Below are positions 47,114-59,627 of a stretch of DNA of 64,000 nucleotides, one piece after another (position 1 is the stretch's first letter; every line of letters starts with the position of its first letter). Both the position numbers and the translations under genes were made by a program. The notes under the pieces were generated by a model. It made no database searches. It was not told where the DNA came from and saw only the letters and a program-made list of their open reading frames with translations. This DNA is from Thelocarpon superellum (lineage: Eukaryota), in assembly GCA_026025795.1 (NCBI GenBank), contig JAPEUG010000010.1:1-64000 (forward strand). The letters run 5' to 3'.

Positions 47114-49057
47114 CAGCAGCGTCAATTTGGTTGCCTGGCGGCAATCGGGGCCGAACGCCGCTTGGCAGGCCGATGGTGTTGGGGATCAGGCAGCTATTCG
47201 AGGACCTGGTCCAGACGCTGCGTAGTTCAGTTTCCACTTCCGACGATAGCGTCAGGATGAGTCAAACCCTGGCCGCTCTTTGCAAATAGGGCCAGAGACG
47301 AGAGACTAAAGCACGAGTGTTTGCATCGTTGCTCTGTGGTGTCCAGCCGTCCGCATGAGATTCTCCCCTCTCGCTGCAAAAGTAGCCGCGAGGTGGTCCC
47401 GAGTTTGCTGCCTGGAGTAACTTCTGAAGCCGCGGCATCTATTGCCGTCTAAGAGAGGCTCGGCGGTATAAATCATAGGTCCGTCTCTCGGTTTCGATTG
47501 CCCTCCGGCCCAAGCGAGCCTTATCCTGCCCCTCCAGCCCCGAAGCCAATTGCCCGCGTTTCTGTAACATAAGCTTAGCCAGTGATGGCGGGCCTGTCCG
47601 AGCACCGGCCTCTACCCCACCTTGCTCTACTTCATATCAAGCGGCTGTACCACGCTGCGGAACCTTTGACTCCTTGCCCAGGAACAGACCCGAGAATTCC
47701 TGGCCCAGGTCACGAGTAGTAGGATAACTAGACGCTGCTGCCAGGAGGCTTCCCTTTCCGACACAATCAGAACAGGTATGAGGTGTTCGGTAACGAAGCT
47801 CAGCCTCGCGCCAAAAAGGTCGCGCACTCTGATATCACCTCGATCAACAAGCCTACCTAAGTCGAGTGCTCGTCATTCGGAAAGCCAAAGGGTTCCGTGT
47901 GCTCCTTGAACACGCACTGTTTCGGCGCCTTGTGCTCGACAATATGTCATGCTGCTACGTCTTAGTAAGTGCTAGTGGCAAGGAGGCACTGCTGAGGGTC
48001 TCCTATAAACATTCGAGGCTGCCTGCTCCAATCGAGGCAGAGAAAGTGAGAGTGGAAGCAAAGATAGCGTCTACAGTGCGAGAAATCGGGGCTATCATAC
48101 CACCTCTCCATCGGCGACATTGGGTCGCCCGAACGTTCCGCCGGCCATCGAAGGTAGGCGCAGCAATGCTGTCCTGCCCTACTCGACCGCCGAAGCTATG
48201 TACTTCATACGACTAGCTCAGGTCGTTGACAGGAAGGTCGGTGGGGGTGCGGACCTGCCCGGTCGGCAGCCGGCGGGGCGGAAAGCCAAGCCCAAAAGGC
48301 CCCTAGAGCGCGCAAAGCCCCAGAGCCCCAAAGCCAATTGCCCAGCGTGACGCTGGCGCCCAAGCGACGCCTCCCTTCCCGTCTCCCTTAGGCTTAAGCC
48401 GCGGGCTTAGGTAGGGCTAGGCGACAATTACACTACCGAGCATTGCTGGTCAGGTTGCGTCAACCTCCCCGTGCGTCGGCGTCAACCTAGGTCGAGCTCC
48501 TCGTCTCACCTTGCGCTAGTTACTTCGTAGTCGTGCTATCGACATACCAGCATCAGCGTCGTACAGTAAAGCGTGGTACGCCTTCCGGTCAGCCGCACCA
48601 TGCGCCACAACCTTCATCGCCCCGAGCACCACATCATCACCATCCTCAATTTGACCGTCCAGCCGTCCCACCGTATGCCCGCAACTGTCCTGCTCATTCC
48701 ACAAGTGACGTCGGGCCTAGCGACGGAGTTCGGAGGCATCGCACCGTCGCTATCGCCGCCGCCCGGCCAATCAGCACCCATGCTCGTCAATACCCCCCGA
48801 TCGTCCACCGTCGCGAGGCTACTCCGCGCTTCCTCATAGCTACCTGCCGAAGCACTGCCAAAGCTGCACGCCATTGCCCTCATCGGCCTCGTGCCTCTCG
48901 AGCCCCGAGACCCTTTCAACCACGCTTGCACCGTCCACGCCACGGATCGTGGTTGAAACTGCGGACGAGTTGCAGCGCGCCGCCGCCCTCCATCCTTGCT
49001 CCCCCCACGCAACGGGCTCCGTTTTTTACCTGCCCTCGACTTATGGGCACCGTCGCG

Positions 49058-52000
49058 ATGCCCTCCTTTCACAGCCCCGACTCGGCGGAAGAGCAAGCCC
49101 CGCAGATCAATGGCTTGGACCAGACCCCGCTGGATGAGTTCATGCCTTCCTCACCTGACACGGAGGAATTCTTCCAGTCCTCGCATCGTTTGATCGCTTC
49201 AATCCTGCCGATGGACCGTCCAGAGACATATTATCCCCTCAACGAAACTCTGCATGCAACCACCGATCCTGAGGCCGCGGAATTGCAGTCGCAACGACTG
49301 ACACCATCCGTTCACGGTCCCCAGCTCCTGACCCAGCCCCCTGCCGACTATCATCCAGCTCGCCGCTCTCTGGGCGGAGGTACGCACGACCACAACGGCC
49401 TCACGCCTTCGTCATCTTCGCCGTCCGGACCGATCAGTCCCTCACTAGGCTACATTTCGGAAGCGGCGTACACAGACATCAGCGAGAACACCACCCCCGG
49501 CTTCGAAGACGTCTTTTCCCGTCTCCGCCCCGCCCTCGGGACGGATGGCGAGAACCGACAGCGCCTAGGCTCAGTCGTGAAGCCCCTCGACCCGAACCCT
49601 CTGTCCTTCCGATCGCCCAACACCGAGCTGCTCTCCTCCGTGCCCGTATTGAGCGGCACAAAGCCTTCGTCCCCCCAACCTCATCCGTCCACATACCTGC
49701 TCAGTCCGGTCAACACCGAGAATCAGAGTCCGCCCTCGAGGCTAGCGACTCAATCCACTGCGCAAGGCCTTGAGCAGGGGGTAGCACCGTTTGGCTGGCC
49801 CTCCCCATCGCACGGCCCATCCGCGCCAGAATCTTCGCCGTGGTCATTGCAGCAGCCAGTGTCAACAATGGACGAAGGGACAAGGCCGTCCGGCGACATG
49901 TCACCGCGAGAAGGCCCCCTATCCATGTCCCGGGCTGAGTCACGTCCGCGTCAAGCAGGAGAGGGCACGAACCTTGGCCCCACGTCGGTCGGGACGGAGC
50001 CTCGTCGTGACGAGGACGGTGTCTGGCTGTCTACCACATCGACTGGGCTCGCCGGACTTGGCCCCGACGCCCGTCAACAGCTTGACGAGATGCATGTGCC
50101 GAGTCTCAACGAACAGGAAGCGAATCGGAGAATCGGCGAGAAGAACGTTGAGGTCGAGCACTGGCTGGTCCGCAGCGTGTCACCAAGTGTACCCAGTGGG
50201 CCGTCAGACCATCGCTCGTCAGCTTTGCGACCGCCCCGGGCCGGAGGACGACGCCGGGCAAGGAGCACGGGAGATGCGTTGGCGCCCACGGGCCGGCGGC
50301 TTGACGACTCTCACATCCCGGGCCCAGGGGTGCTCATCGATGAACAGAGTGACGACGATGAGGACGATGATCATGATGACTCGAGTCACCGCAGCGACGA
50401 GCATGGTAGCCATGCCGAGAGCCGGGCGTCAGATGACCTGGATCCAACGGGAGATCCGTCGCACACCTACTTCATGCCGACGGTCAATTGGGAATCGAAC
50501 GAGCTACCTGGTCTGGGCGGCCGGCCGTGGGCGGATCCAATCTATGAGACAGAGATCTCGCCCGACCAAACGCAGCCTGACTCGTCCAGTGCGGCCATGA
50601 TGCGTTTCCGGCAGGCAGCGGATGCGTTGGACCCAATCTCGCGGGCCGCGACGTGGGGCACGCGACGCCTCAGCGAAACGGACCTCGAGAAGTTCCTCGC
50701 TGCGGAATCTTTCCAATCCTTCTCCATCAGTGGTGGGGTGGGCAACGAGCGAGGCACCAGCGACCGTCGAAACAACTTCTCGATCGAAGGGGTCAAGCGC
50801 CTGCTGCCAGGTGGCGCCGGCGGTCTGCTACGGCGAAAGAGTACGGACAAAGGGTCGCGTTTGGCCATGCCACGATCTCGTCCGAGCTTTTCGCGGCGTC
50901 CGAAGTCGCCCAGTATCAACACGCAGTCGGCCGTGGCCGCGATGGCCGGCCAAATTGGTGCCGTGGGAAGCAGCAGCTCGCTCAGCGCCCGTCCAACCAT
51001 CTCTCCCATCTCCCCCACCATCGGCTGGCGTAATCCAATGAAACGTAGCCGAAGCAAGACCGACGCCAGCCGCCGGCGGGGGTCGGATGAGGTGCGTGAG
51101 TCGGCCCTTGGGGGTCTGCTCACGCAGGAGGGTGGGCCGCCCATGCCGACCCTCGCATCGCCCCCACAAGACCGGCCAGATCCCATGGCGGTCGCGCGTG
51201 GGCATGAGGAAGACCAAGGCGGCGAGGACGAAGAGGTGAACGCCAAGGGCGACCCGGCCGACGAACGAGGTATCATTATGGATCTCACGCGGATTAGCAC
51301 TCTTATCGTTCCGACGGTGCAGGGCTTCCAGGCGCACGCGCAGCAACTAAACCCTCGCTGCGCACCCTTCCTGGTTGACCGAATCGGGCACGAGCAGGTC
51401 CGACGGTTCAAGAAGCTCATCGACCTCAAGACGAAACACCTGGCCGCGGTACGTCGTGGACAGTGCCCTGCGGGCGCGTATTGTCTCGACCTGGGGGGGC
51501 AGGCGCAGCAGCTGCCTCCCCGTCCTAGTGCCCGTGGTACTGAGGCTGCGGTCGTCGGCTTCCAAGTCGAGGCGGAGTCTCCGAACGGCGATGGCACCGG
51601 TGCGCCGACCGACAGCGCCGAGGCGCAGGCGCAGTTTCCCGCCGGAGTGCCGCTGCCGCCAGTCAAGCGTCTCCCAGCGGAGTTTGAATGCCAGCTCTGC
51701 TTCCAGGTGAAGAAGTTCCTCAAACCCTCGGACTGGACCAAGCATGTGTTGGAGGACGTGCAGCCCTTCACCTGCACCTTTCCCAACTGTGCTGAGCCGA
51801 AGTCGTTCAAGCGCAAGGCGGATTGGGTGCGACATGAGACGGAGCGTCATCGCCAGCTGGAGTGGTGGACCTGTCGGCTGCCGGACTGCACTCATACCTG
51901 CTACCGGCGCGACAACTTCGTGCAGCACCTGGTGCGCGAGCACAAGCGGCCCGAGTCGCGGCTGAAGGCGGCCAAGCTCGCGTCCAAGCAGGCGGCGCGT

Positions 52001-52804
52001 GCGGCCGATGGCCACGATGTGTCGCTTGCCGACGCCGACGACGCCGACGATGACTGGGCGCTAGTAGAGCAATGTCGGACGGAGACGAGCAAGAGCGCGC
52101 GCGATGAGCCTTGCAAGTTTTGTGGAAACGTCTGTGGCAGCTGGAAGAAATTGACCGTGCATTTGGCGCGTCATATGGAGCAGCTCAGCCTGCCCATCCT
52201 CGACCTCGTTGCGCAGCATGGGCCGCCGGGCGTGGCCATGATGTCGACGGGCGACGCGGAAAGGCTTACGTCGACAGCCCCATTCGCCCCGTCCGGGCAC
52301 AGTCCCGGCTTGTCCTATGGCGCCGTGGGTGATGACGCTCATCTGTCCCCCTACGCGATGCCACTCAGCACCTACGCGAGCCCCGTGGCCCCTTCTGAAA
52401 TCAATGGCACCTTTGCGGCCTTTCAGGATCCCCGATCCGTGGGCTCGCTGAGCCCGGGCTATCACGCGTCCCTGCCTTCCGACCACGGCACCTTGGTCTC
52501 GGCGCCTGGCGCGGGTCAGGCCCCCTATGGCGGATACGAGAGCACGGGGGAGTACCTACCGTCGTCCTCTGTGCCCCACTTCGCGCCGCCGATGGGGCCA
52601 ACGTCAGGCACATTGAACGAGCAGATGATGGGCTTCGCGGGCCCGGGCTTGAGCCCGTATGGCTATGACGCAGATGTGGACGAAGCGCACGAGGGAATGG
52701 GCGTCACGACGACGCAACCCGCGGCGAGCGGAGTTTCCTTCTCGTCGATAGGTGAGACGTACGTGCCATACTCAATGCAGTATCACCAACCCGGTCCGCC
52801 GTGA
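49058..52804 (+). CDS. C2H2 zinc-finger transcription factor (~1250 aa, single exon; alternative ATG at 49043)
   Basis: FECQLC...WTKHVLED, FTCTFPNC..FKRKADWVRHETERH, WTCRLPDC..RRDNFVQHLVREH and CKFC..LTVHLARHM. Confidence 0.92.
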   Translation: MPSFHSPDSAEEQAPQINGLDQTPLDEFMPSSPDTEEFFQSSHRLIASILPMDRPETYYPLNETLHATTDPEAAELQSQRLTPSVHGPQLLTQPPADYHPARRSLGGGTHDHNGLTPSSSSPSGPISPSLGYISEAAYTDISENTTPGFEDVFSRLRPALGTDGENRQRLGSVVKPLDPNPLSFRSPNTELLSSVPVLSGTKPSSPQPHPSTYLLSPVNTENQSPPSRLATQSTAQGLEQGVAPFGWPSPSHGPSAPESSPWSLQQPVSTMDEGTRPSGDMSPREGPLSMSRAESRPRQAGEGTNLGPTSVGTEPRRDEDGVWLSTTSTGLAGLGPDARQQLDEMHVPSLNEQEANRRIGEKNVEVEHWLVRSVSPSVPSGPSDHRSSALRPPRAGGRRRARSTGDALAPTGRRLDDSHIPGPGVLIDEQSDDDEDDDHDDSSHRSDEHGSHAESRASDDLDPTGDPSHTYFMPTVNWESNELPGLGGRPWADPIYETEISPDQTQPDSSSAAMMRFRQAADALDPISRAATWGTRRLSETDLEKFLAAESFQSFSISGGVGNERGTSDRRNNFSIEGVKRLLPGGAGGLLRRKSTDKGSRLAMPRSRPSFSRRPKSPSINTQSAVAAMAGQIGAVGSSSSLSARPTISPISPTIGWRNPMKRSRSKTDASRRRGSDEVRESALGGLLTQEGGPPMPTLASPPQDRPDPMAVARGHEEDQGGEDEEVNAKGDPADERGIIMDLTRISTLIVPTVQGFQAHAQQLNPRCAPFLVDRIGHEQVRRFKKLIDLKTKHLAAVRRGQCPAGAYCLDLGGQAQQLPPRPSARGTEAAVVGFQVEAESPNGDGTGAPTDSAEAQAQFPAGVPLPPVKRLPAEFECQLCFQVKKFLKPSDWTKHVLEDVQPFTCTFPNCAEPKSFKRKADWVRHETERHRQLEWWTCRLPDCTHTCYRRDNFVQHLVREHKRPESRLKAAKLASKQAARAADGHDVSLADADDADDDWALVEQCRTETSKSARDEPCKFCGNVCGSWKKLTVHLARHMEQLSLPILDLVAQHGPPGVAMMSTGDAERLTSTAPFAPSGHSPGLSYGAVGDDAHLSPYAMPLSTYASPVAPSEINGTFAAFQDPRSVGSLSPGYHASLPSDHGTLVSAPGAGQAPYGGYESTGEYLPSSSVPHFAPPMGPTSGTLNEQMMGFAGPGLSPYGYDADVDEAHEGMGVTTTQPAASGVSFSSIGETYVPYSMQYHQPGPP

Positions 52805-53608
52805 GGCGCGCTGGGCACGGATGGTGATATGTGATGACAACTCTTCTTCTGGACTGGCAATTGTTTGTGGCGCGTATTCCGATCTCTGTTGGGCTCGGTC
52901 ATGTTTCCTGAGGGAGATTTGGGCCCTACGACATGTCATGACTAGACATTGGATGATACTTTGGTACTGCGCTGGCGTTGGATGTGGACTTCTTTTCGTC
53001 ACGATGGGAGCGTTGGCAGAAAGTCACATCATCGCCCTCTTCCCGTCTCTGATACCTTGCCAATTTCACGGAGAGCAATTGACGCCGGCATTTCCTTCCA
53101 CGTGGCAAGTCCCTGTGGATCGGCCGACTTTGCAACGACACCAGCCATGGGTAATGCCAAGGTCAGCCTGATTGCCAACGGCATTTCCGAGCGTGGATGG
53201 TGCCGTGGCTGCGGCAATTTGGAGTCTTGCCTTCGTCTCCAGGTATCCGGCACGGGGTCCTTGCTTCTCGGTAGACGTGCGAGAAGGATCATCCCTGGTT
53301 GAATGGCCCGTGCTGTCCTTCTCCCCGACAGCACGCCCCTTGAATGCGTTCGAGCCGTCATTCCCACGTCAGCCCGGCCCCTATGTACGCTCAAGACGTC
53401 AACGCCCTCACTGGCGCAGACGTGGGTAGGTCGGTGGGATTGCGAACCCGGCGATGGACCAGGCGCAGGCCATGTGGAGACGGTCTCCTAGCCAGATAAT
53501 GAACCTGACATCGAGAGAGGTCAAGAGGATGTCGCCGTCGTGGCACGCGTTTATTAGGGGCCGCGTTCCGTTGCTCTCCCGGCGCTCGTCGACTGAACAT
53601 CGCCCAGC

Positions 53609-54690
53609 ATGACTTGGTTGCTGTCCCTGCTCTCCTTCCTCGCGTGGATGTCATGCAACGTCTCGGCGGCGCCCGGAGCTGAAGACTCAGAACGCAGGCT
53701 CTCCAATCGATCCTCCTATCCCCCTATGCTCGTATGCGAAGGGACCCTCTCTACGAACCCGGACCAATTCCCAGTGGGAACGAATCTGAGTGAATACGGC
53801 GGTAACCTGGTCCGCTATTGTCGCTCATGGCCCAACGGTCCCGGCTTAATGTGCTCCGCAAGGGGCGAGAAGCAGTGGCGGATCAACACGGAGAGCGATT
53901 CCATCTTGGATCGATATCTTTCGGTCGCGCATATCATCAGCGACGCCGCCAAGGCGTGCCTCGCGTGCCGATGTTTGACTCATGACGAGAGGCTGCGCCG
54001 CGTCACGGAATTGATCGCCGATTACCTCCGCGTCACATCCTACGACCGGACTCGAGGCTCGAGCTCGCGAGGTTTCGTCGGGAGCGCCGGCGATGGTTAC
54101 GACGCGGACGTCGAGGGCGAAAGCCCCCAGTACAGGACTTACGGATTGCGACAGCAGGTCGGTAGATCCACACGATGCGTGTTCGACCAGTTGACCAATG
54201 GCAGACCCTCTCTTGTTCTGCCGCGCTGTCCGCGAATCCTGACGACTTTCTAGCCCATGCCGACGTGAGCAGAAAAGATCTGACCACATACTGCGCCCGG
54301 GACATCGGCGGTCAATGCCGGGGCGGTCAGCCGTGGTTTATCCCCTTGACCTGGGGCGTTCGCTGGGTGAAATACATGTTAGCATCGGCGACCATAGCCT
54401 GCAGTAGCTGTACCTGCGGTGGTGTCGGGACCCCAGCCAACCTGGTCGGACTCATTTCGAGCCTCAAGGTCATCCCAAACATTTCGAGCCTTCAGACGGA
54501 GCCTCACAACGCTCCCCACGATCTAAATGAGCCGTTCGTAGAGGACGTGGACCCACCATCAACCCAGCCTCGCCTCCCGATCGAATGCCGGATCGACGCC
54601 GCTGCAGTGGATCCGGAGCGTTCGTGTACGTGGCAAAAGCAGCCCAAGGGGAAGGGTGCTAGACGCAAGGTACGGCCCGCGAATCCGTAA
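53609..54690 (+). CDS. Secreted cysteine-rich protein with two homologous 6-Cys domains (~344 aa; exons 53609-54157 and 54205-54690)
   Basis: Signal peptide MTWLLSLLSFLAWMSCNVSA-AP. A 47-nt phase-0 intron (GTCGGT..TTGAC..CAG) joins two ORFs that align with each other. Confidence 0.8.
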
Positions 54691-55457
54691 GGAGACGGGT
54701 GAAGCAGCGGCGAGAGTGATGATAGGCCTAACGCCTTGGTCGACGGACGATGTGATTACCACCACTGTTGGGACTATGTTATTTTCTAGCAGCACTGTAA
54801 TCCAGACGTGACTCTTTTGTGGAAGACCATGGTAGCGCAGGGTCACAGGCAGATACTTGACGTATCGTGCTGTCGAGGATTCACGTCGAGTTCAAAAGCC
54901 CGGTTGAGAAGGGCTGCCGACCAGTATCACGTTTGTTGCCTTGCCTGCTGTCGGCATGTAGAACCCAGGACGCCATGCATATCGTCCTCGCAATGAGGAC
55001 GATAGGCTCGGCGAGCCGACCCCACGCGCTGTTCGATGTTTGAAGTTTGTCAAGCCAGACCATGGGCTGACTTCATTCGCCCCGGCGATCTAGGCGTCCT
55101 CATCGGCGAACAGATGCCCAAGCGTGCCCCACTAAAAGTAGACGGCGCGACCCTACTCCTCAGTCGGCCCGCCCGCGCCGCCAAATAAATCTGCTAGGCA
55201 CTCTTGCTGCTCATCCACAGCATATCTGATGTATATGAGACCAGTCTTACAACACAGCTCACATACGACTAATCCCAGCTCCTGGTCGTGGGCGGGTGAC
55301 TGATCAAGTCATTGAATGAGTTATTGGATTGGCTATTAGGCAGCACGCTTCGTCGGTTGCCTCGCGCAAACCCAACGGATACTATTGGCTGGCGCTGAGG
55401 CATGCCTTGTTCGTGCGGAGGTGGGCCAGTGATAGCTTGAGCCTGCTACCATGCTAG

Positions 55458-55515
55458 GCATAACGAGGCATCGAAGCCTTTCTACTAGTAGTAGGGCTTC
55501 GATGCCTCGTCATGC
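55458..55515. repeat. ~58-bp inverted repeat/hairpin (16-bp perfect arms ACGAGGCATCGAAGCC / GGCTTCGATGCCTCGT)
   Basis: The arms are exact reverse complements. The stem extends by GCAT/ATGC after one mismatch, and the core CTACTAGTAG is itself palindromic. Confidence 0.92.
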
Positions 55516-56461
55516 ATCGCGCTGTAGCTTGGCCTCACTGCAAGTAGATACCTGCGAAGATCCTTAGCCAGGTACTCTTTCGTGCGAGGCGTTCAGCTTC
55601 TGCAGCAAGGCGACCAGTCCGTTAGCACTAGAGTTGCATGTTCCCGCACGACGCCAATCATCCGCCCACCATCTCACCAGGACCGTGCGCTCGGGGCCGT
55701 GACCAAGGTGCAAGATCCTCGAGCTCGGGGCTGCCAGCAGCACACATGGCCTGCCTTTCGGTTCCGTTCGGCCTATGAAAGAGACCAGGCAAGCACACCT
55801 TGGGTCGCCTCGTTCTGACATGCTACGCTATGCGATGCAGCCAACGCGGAGGACGTAACCCATACACCGCCGGCTCCGCTGCACCACCCCCACCGCTCTC
55901 TACCGTCCCAGTCGCCAGTCCGGACCCACGCACATCCCACGCTATCACCAATCTTCCCAGCGCCTGATGCTGCTTGCACTACTCCCGCCAATGAATCCCG
56001 CGACTCTCGGGCATCTTCCACTGGCGGCCTGTTGAAAGGCATCCTCGGCTAGTATCAGCACAGACAATCCCGCTGCCCACTCTCCCATCGAACGAGAGCA
56101 GTCTCTCGTCACGTTTCGCTGACCTTGTGGCCAACTCGATCATGAGGTTGCCGCCCGCGTCCCTCAAGGTGGACCGAGGACGAGATCGCGTCTGCACCCT
56201 CGGCACCCCAGACCTAGACCCTGCTCCGCCGTGAAGGGCTCAATTGACCTGACCCCATCTCCTCGCCGAGGTAGTGCACAAGCTCTTTTCTTCTCACATC
56301 GTCGCGTCGTGTCGTGATGAGACATAAGTCCTTTGATCGCCTGCGCAACGTGTCTCGTCATACTCGATCACCGACTCTCTCATCGGGTCCGACAAACTCG
56401 CATCCCAAACGAGTGTCGCCGCCACACTTTCGTACATTTCCCACTTCTCCCAGGCGCGAAA

Positions 56462-59400
56462 ATGAACCGACGAGGCTCCAACTCCGCCATGGGGCCGCCC
56501 TTCGCCTACGGGGGGCCAAAGCCAGGAGATCTGCCCCAGGTAGGATCATGGGCTGGTGCGAGCGTGCCCACCTCGCCGGGCATCAGCTTGGAGAACATGG
56601 GATCATCCGTCACTTCCTTCTCCCGCCCGGCCGTCCCCATCTTTAGGCCCTCGAATCCCGACAGGCGTGCGTTCCCCGGATGGAATGCTCGGGCCAGCGA
56701 GGCACAGGCTTGCCAGACCCCCGGGTTGGCCGGCTTTCTCTCGACCAACAACGACGACCCGTGGAACGTCATCGGCGCCGCGCCAAAGGTAGCGGCTACA
56801 CATGACACATTTGCTTCACGAGTGTCCTCCCCGAACGATGCCTTCCTTCGTTTCCGCACCTTCACTCCCTCCGAAGCGGAGACCTTCGGCACCGAGACCC
56901 TCCCGTCCGACTCCGGCTATGCCACCAAGAGCCTGGCGACCCAATCCGTCGCCGATGGAGACGACCCAGACGCCGAGCAGGACTTTACCGGCATTACCGG
57001 CCAGGTCAGTGGCTGGCAACTCTTCTCCTCCGAGACTCAGCCAGTCGCGCCGACGCTGTCGAACATGTCCGTCGGGGAGCATCCTGAGATCCAGTCTCGC
57101 TGTACCATACCCCACTGTCAGCAGCAAGACCTCGCCACCCATGCCGATCTCGTCCAGCATCTGATACGCGTGCACCATGTCAGTGCCGGCGCCAGCCTCG
57201 TCAACCCTCCCCTGCGTCATCCACCCTCCGAGCACGGCTCGAGCCGAACTGGGTCCCAAGAAAGGACCCTTGTCTGTGTGTACTGTGGCCGGCAGTGTCG
57301 GAATCCGTCCCTCCTCAGGTACGTGCCCCGACCTTCTGGTCTTCTCAACGTTTGACACGTCGGCCCGGGCGTAGGAAACATGTGGCCCGACATGAGAAAC
57401 CATATGTGTGCGTGGTGTCCGAGTGCCCGCGTGAAGACGGTTTCGCGAACCGCAATGATCTCATCAGGCACATGCACACCGTGCATAAAGAGAGCTGCGA
57501 CGGTAAGGTGTGGTACTGCCCCTCAGCCTTGTGCAAGAGAAAGGAAAAGGCATGGCGGCGCCGCGATAATATGTCCATTCATCTGAAGAAGGTCCATGAA
57601 AGCGAGGATTATGAGGACCTTTACCAACGGTGCGTTACCTCTGCTCCCTCTGCCACGCACCTCCGCGGCCTTCGGCTGACTCGGCCAGGGCTGAGGAGGC
57701 AGCAAATGCACGGCTGCGACCCTTGGGTGCCACTCCCGAGGACGCTTCGACGCGAGATGCCCAGCATCCTCAGAATTCGTCATGCGCACGGGAGTCGGCC
57801 TTTGACGTTACCGTCCTGCCGGACTGTACCTTTCGTCAGCCTGACTGGTCCCTGGCTTTGGGCACGTATGACGTCAGCGCAAATGCTGGTGACTTTGAGG
57901 GACTCACCACGGCGCATCCCTCGAATTGTCATCCCGACTTACTGCGCCCGGCCGAGGATGTCCAAGGCGATCTGAATCTCTCTCTAAGCCGTGACCCCGT
58001 CCTGCATGGCCTCGATCTAACGCTGGTCCAAGCCGATGCCTCAAGTGCGCCTCTGACGCCACAGGCACCGACCTCGAAACTTGAGCATCCGCCTTCGGTG
58101 CGCGAGACCGCGATGACGGAGGACGACGCGCCTCTCGTCGCTGATCCGTCGCCGCTGTGGCCTGATTCCTCGTGGACAGAGTTCATCACAGAAACGCTCC
58201 GACGGTGCGAACAGGACGTCGTTGTTCGGGTCGTCGAGGCGCTCCGGCAGGAGCGCCGCCAAGGAAGGACGGAGGACTGCAGTGACAGCTCACCGACATC
58301 CAGCAGCGCCGCGTGCGCCGCGTCGGCGCCGAAGAGTCCGGACCCGAAACAGGCCGGTGGTGACAAGGGGCCTGAAGAGAAGGCGGGCGTGCTCAGATCC
58401 TTCACCCCTCGCCCCGACGAGATGATGAAGCGGGTGCACGTGTCCTTCATGGCTCACCTGTCCGAGATGGTGCGACAATATCAAGACGAGGCCGATGATG
58501 CCGGCCCTGAGGATTTTTCCCGATGTGGGCGTGGGGGAAGTCGAAACCGCAAGACGATCGTCTGCCCGCGCCCACACTGCATGAAACAGCTCTTGCGACC
58601 CTGCGACTTGAGGTAAAAAGCGCGAACCCCCCGGGATTACGGACGTCATCGCTCAGACGTGGGAACAGGAAACATCTCAAACGGCACGACCTGCCATACT
58701 TCTGTACCTTCCTTGGTTGCAAGAGGCGTTTTGCCAGCAAGATGGACTGGAAACAGCACGAAAATGCGCAGCACACGCATGAAGAGCTGTGGCGGTGTCG
58801 ACAGAAGAAGGACGGCGAGCGAGAGTGCACGAGTCAGTTCTCGCGGCCGCAGAACTTTGTGCACCATCTCAAGAAGCACCATGCCATGGAGGATCGGGAG
58901 GCGACGCGAATGGAGACGCGCGAACGGCATGTGAGCTTGACGGAACCGCGGGACTACTGGTGTGGGTTTTGTCGGCGGATGATGCGGATCCGGGGTCAGG
59001 CTCCTCGCGCAACTGACGATCGGTTTGACCACATTGCCTCCCACATTGAAAAGCAAAACCAGGACGGCACGGCCTGGCGGCCGGATCCTGCTCGCGAGAG
59101 CATCCCCCTACCCGTGGACGATGAATCTCCCGGGGCCGTCCCGTCTCCCAGGCTCGGGTCGAGCTTTCTTGAGGCCAAGGCTACTACCACGCCGCCACAG
59201 CGCGACACGGAGCGCTGCGACGGGCCTTGGCGGACATTGAGCTCGCCCAAACCCCCAGCGCTCGCGGGCTTGGCCGAAACGGAGGCGCAAGCGACGGAAC
59301 GACGGACACGCAGCCGGTCACGGAAGCACGGTCGGGCCGACGACGGGGTGGATGGGCACGTGTCCAAGTCGCGGAAACGAAGCGCTCCAGCTGCGTCGGA

Positions 59401-59627
59401 GCGGACCTTCATCATCTGCGTTCGTCTCCTCCCCATCTTGAGCGGAACGCGCAATGCAGCATTGATGGGATGCGTCACTAATGACTGAATGGTAGTGCGT
59501 GTGCGATGATATCTACCCTGAGGACGTCTTGGCATGCCAGAATTGTTCTCATAACCCCTGCAAGCGCTGCGGCGCAGAGAGCCAACCGTCGGCGCTAGAG
59601 TACACAGCTCCCCTTACATCCATATAG
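56462..59627 (+). CDS. Multi-finger C2H2 zinc-finger transcription factor; exons 56462-57318, 57375-57629, 57689-58612, 58669-59419, 59496-59627
   Basis: Two finger clusters (CVYC..RKHVARHEKPYVC..., CPRPHC..RPCDLRKHLKRHDLPYFC...WKQHENAQH, YWCGFC..RFDHIASH) plus a terminal Cys cluster CCVC..CQNCSHNPCKRC. GT-AG introns restore the frame. Confidence 0.9.

Noticed and set aside
50542..51816. Long antisense ORFs (also 8044-8877, 35282-35974, 12392-13072)
   Set aside because: Shadow ORFs of GC-rich coding strands with no independent motifs.
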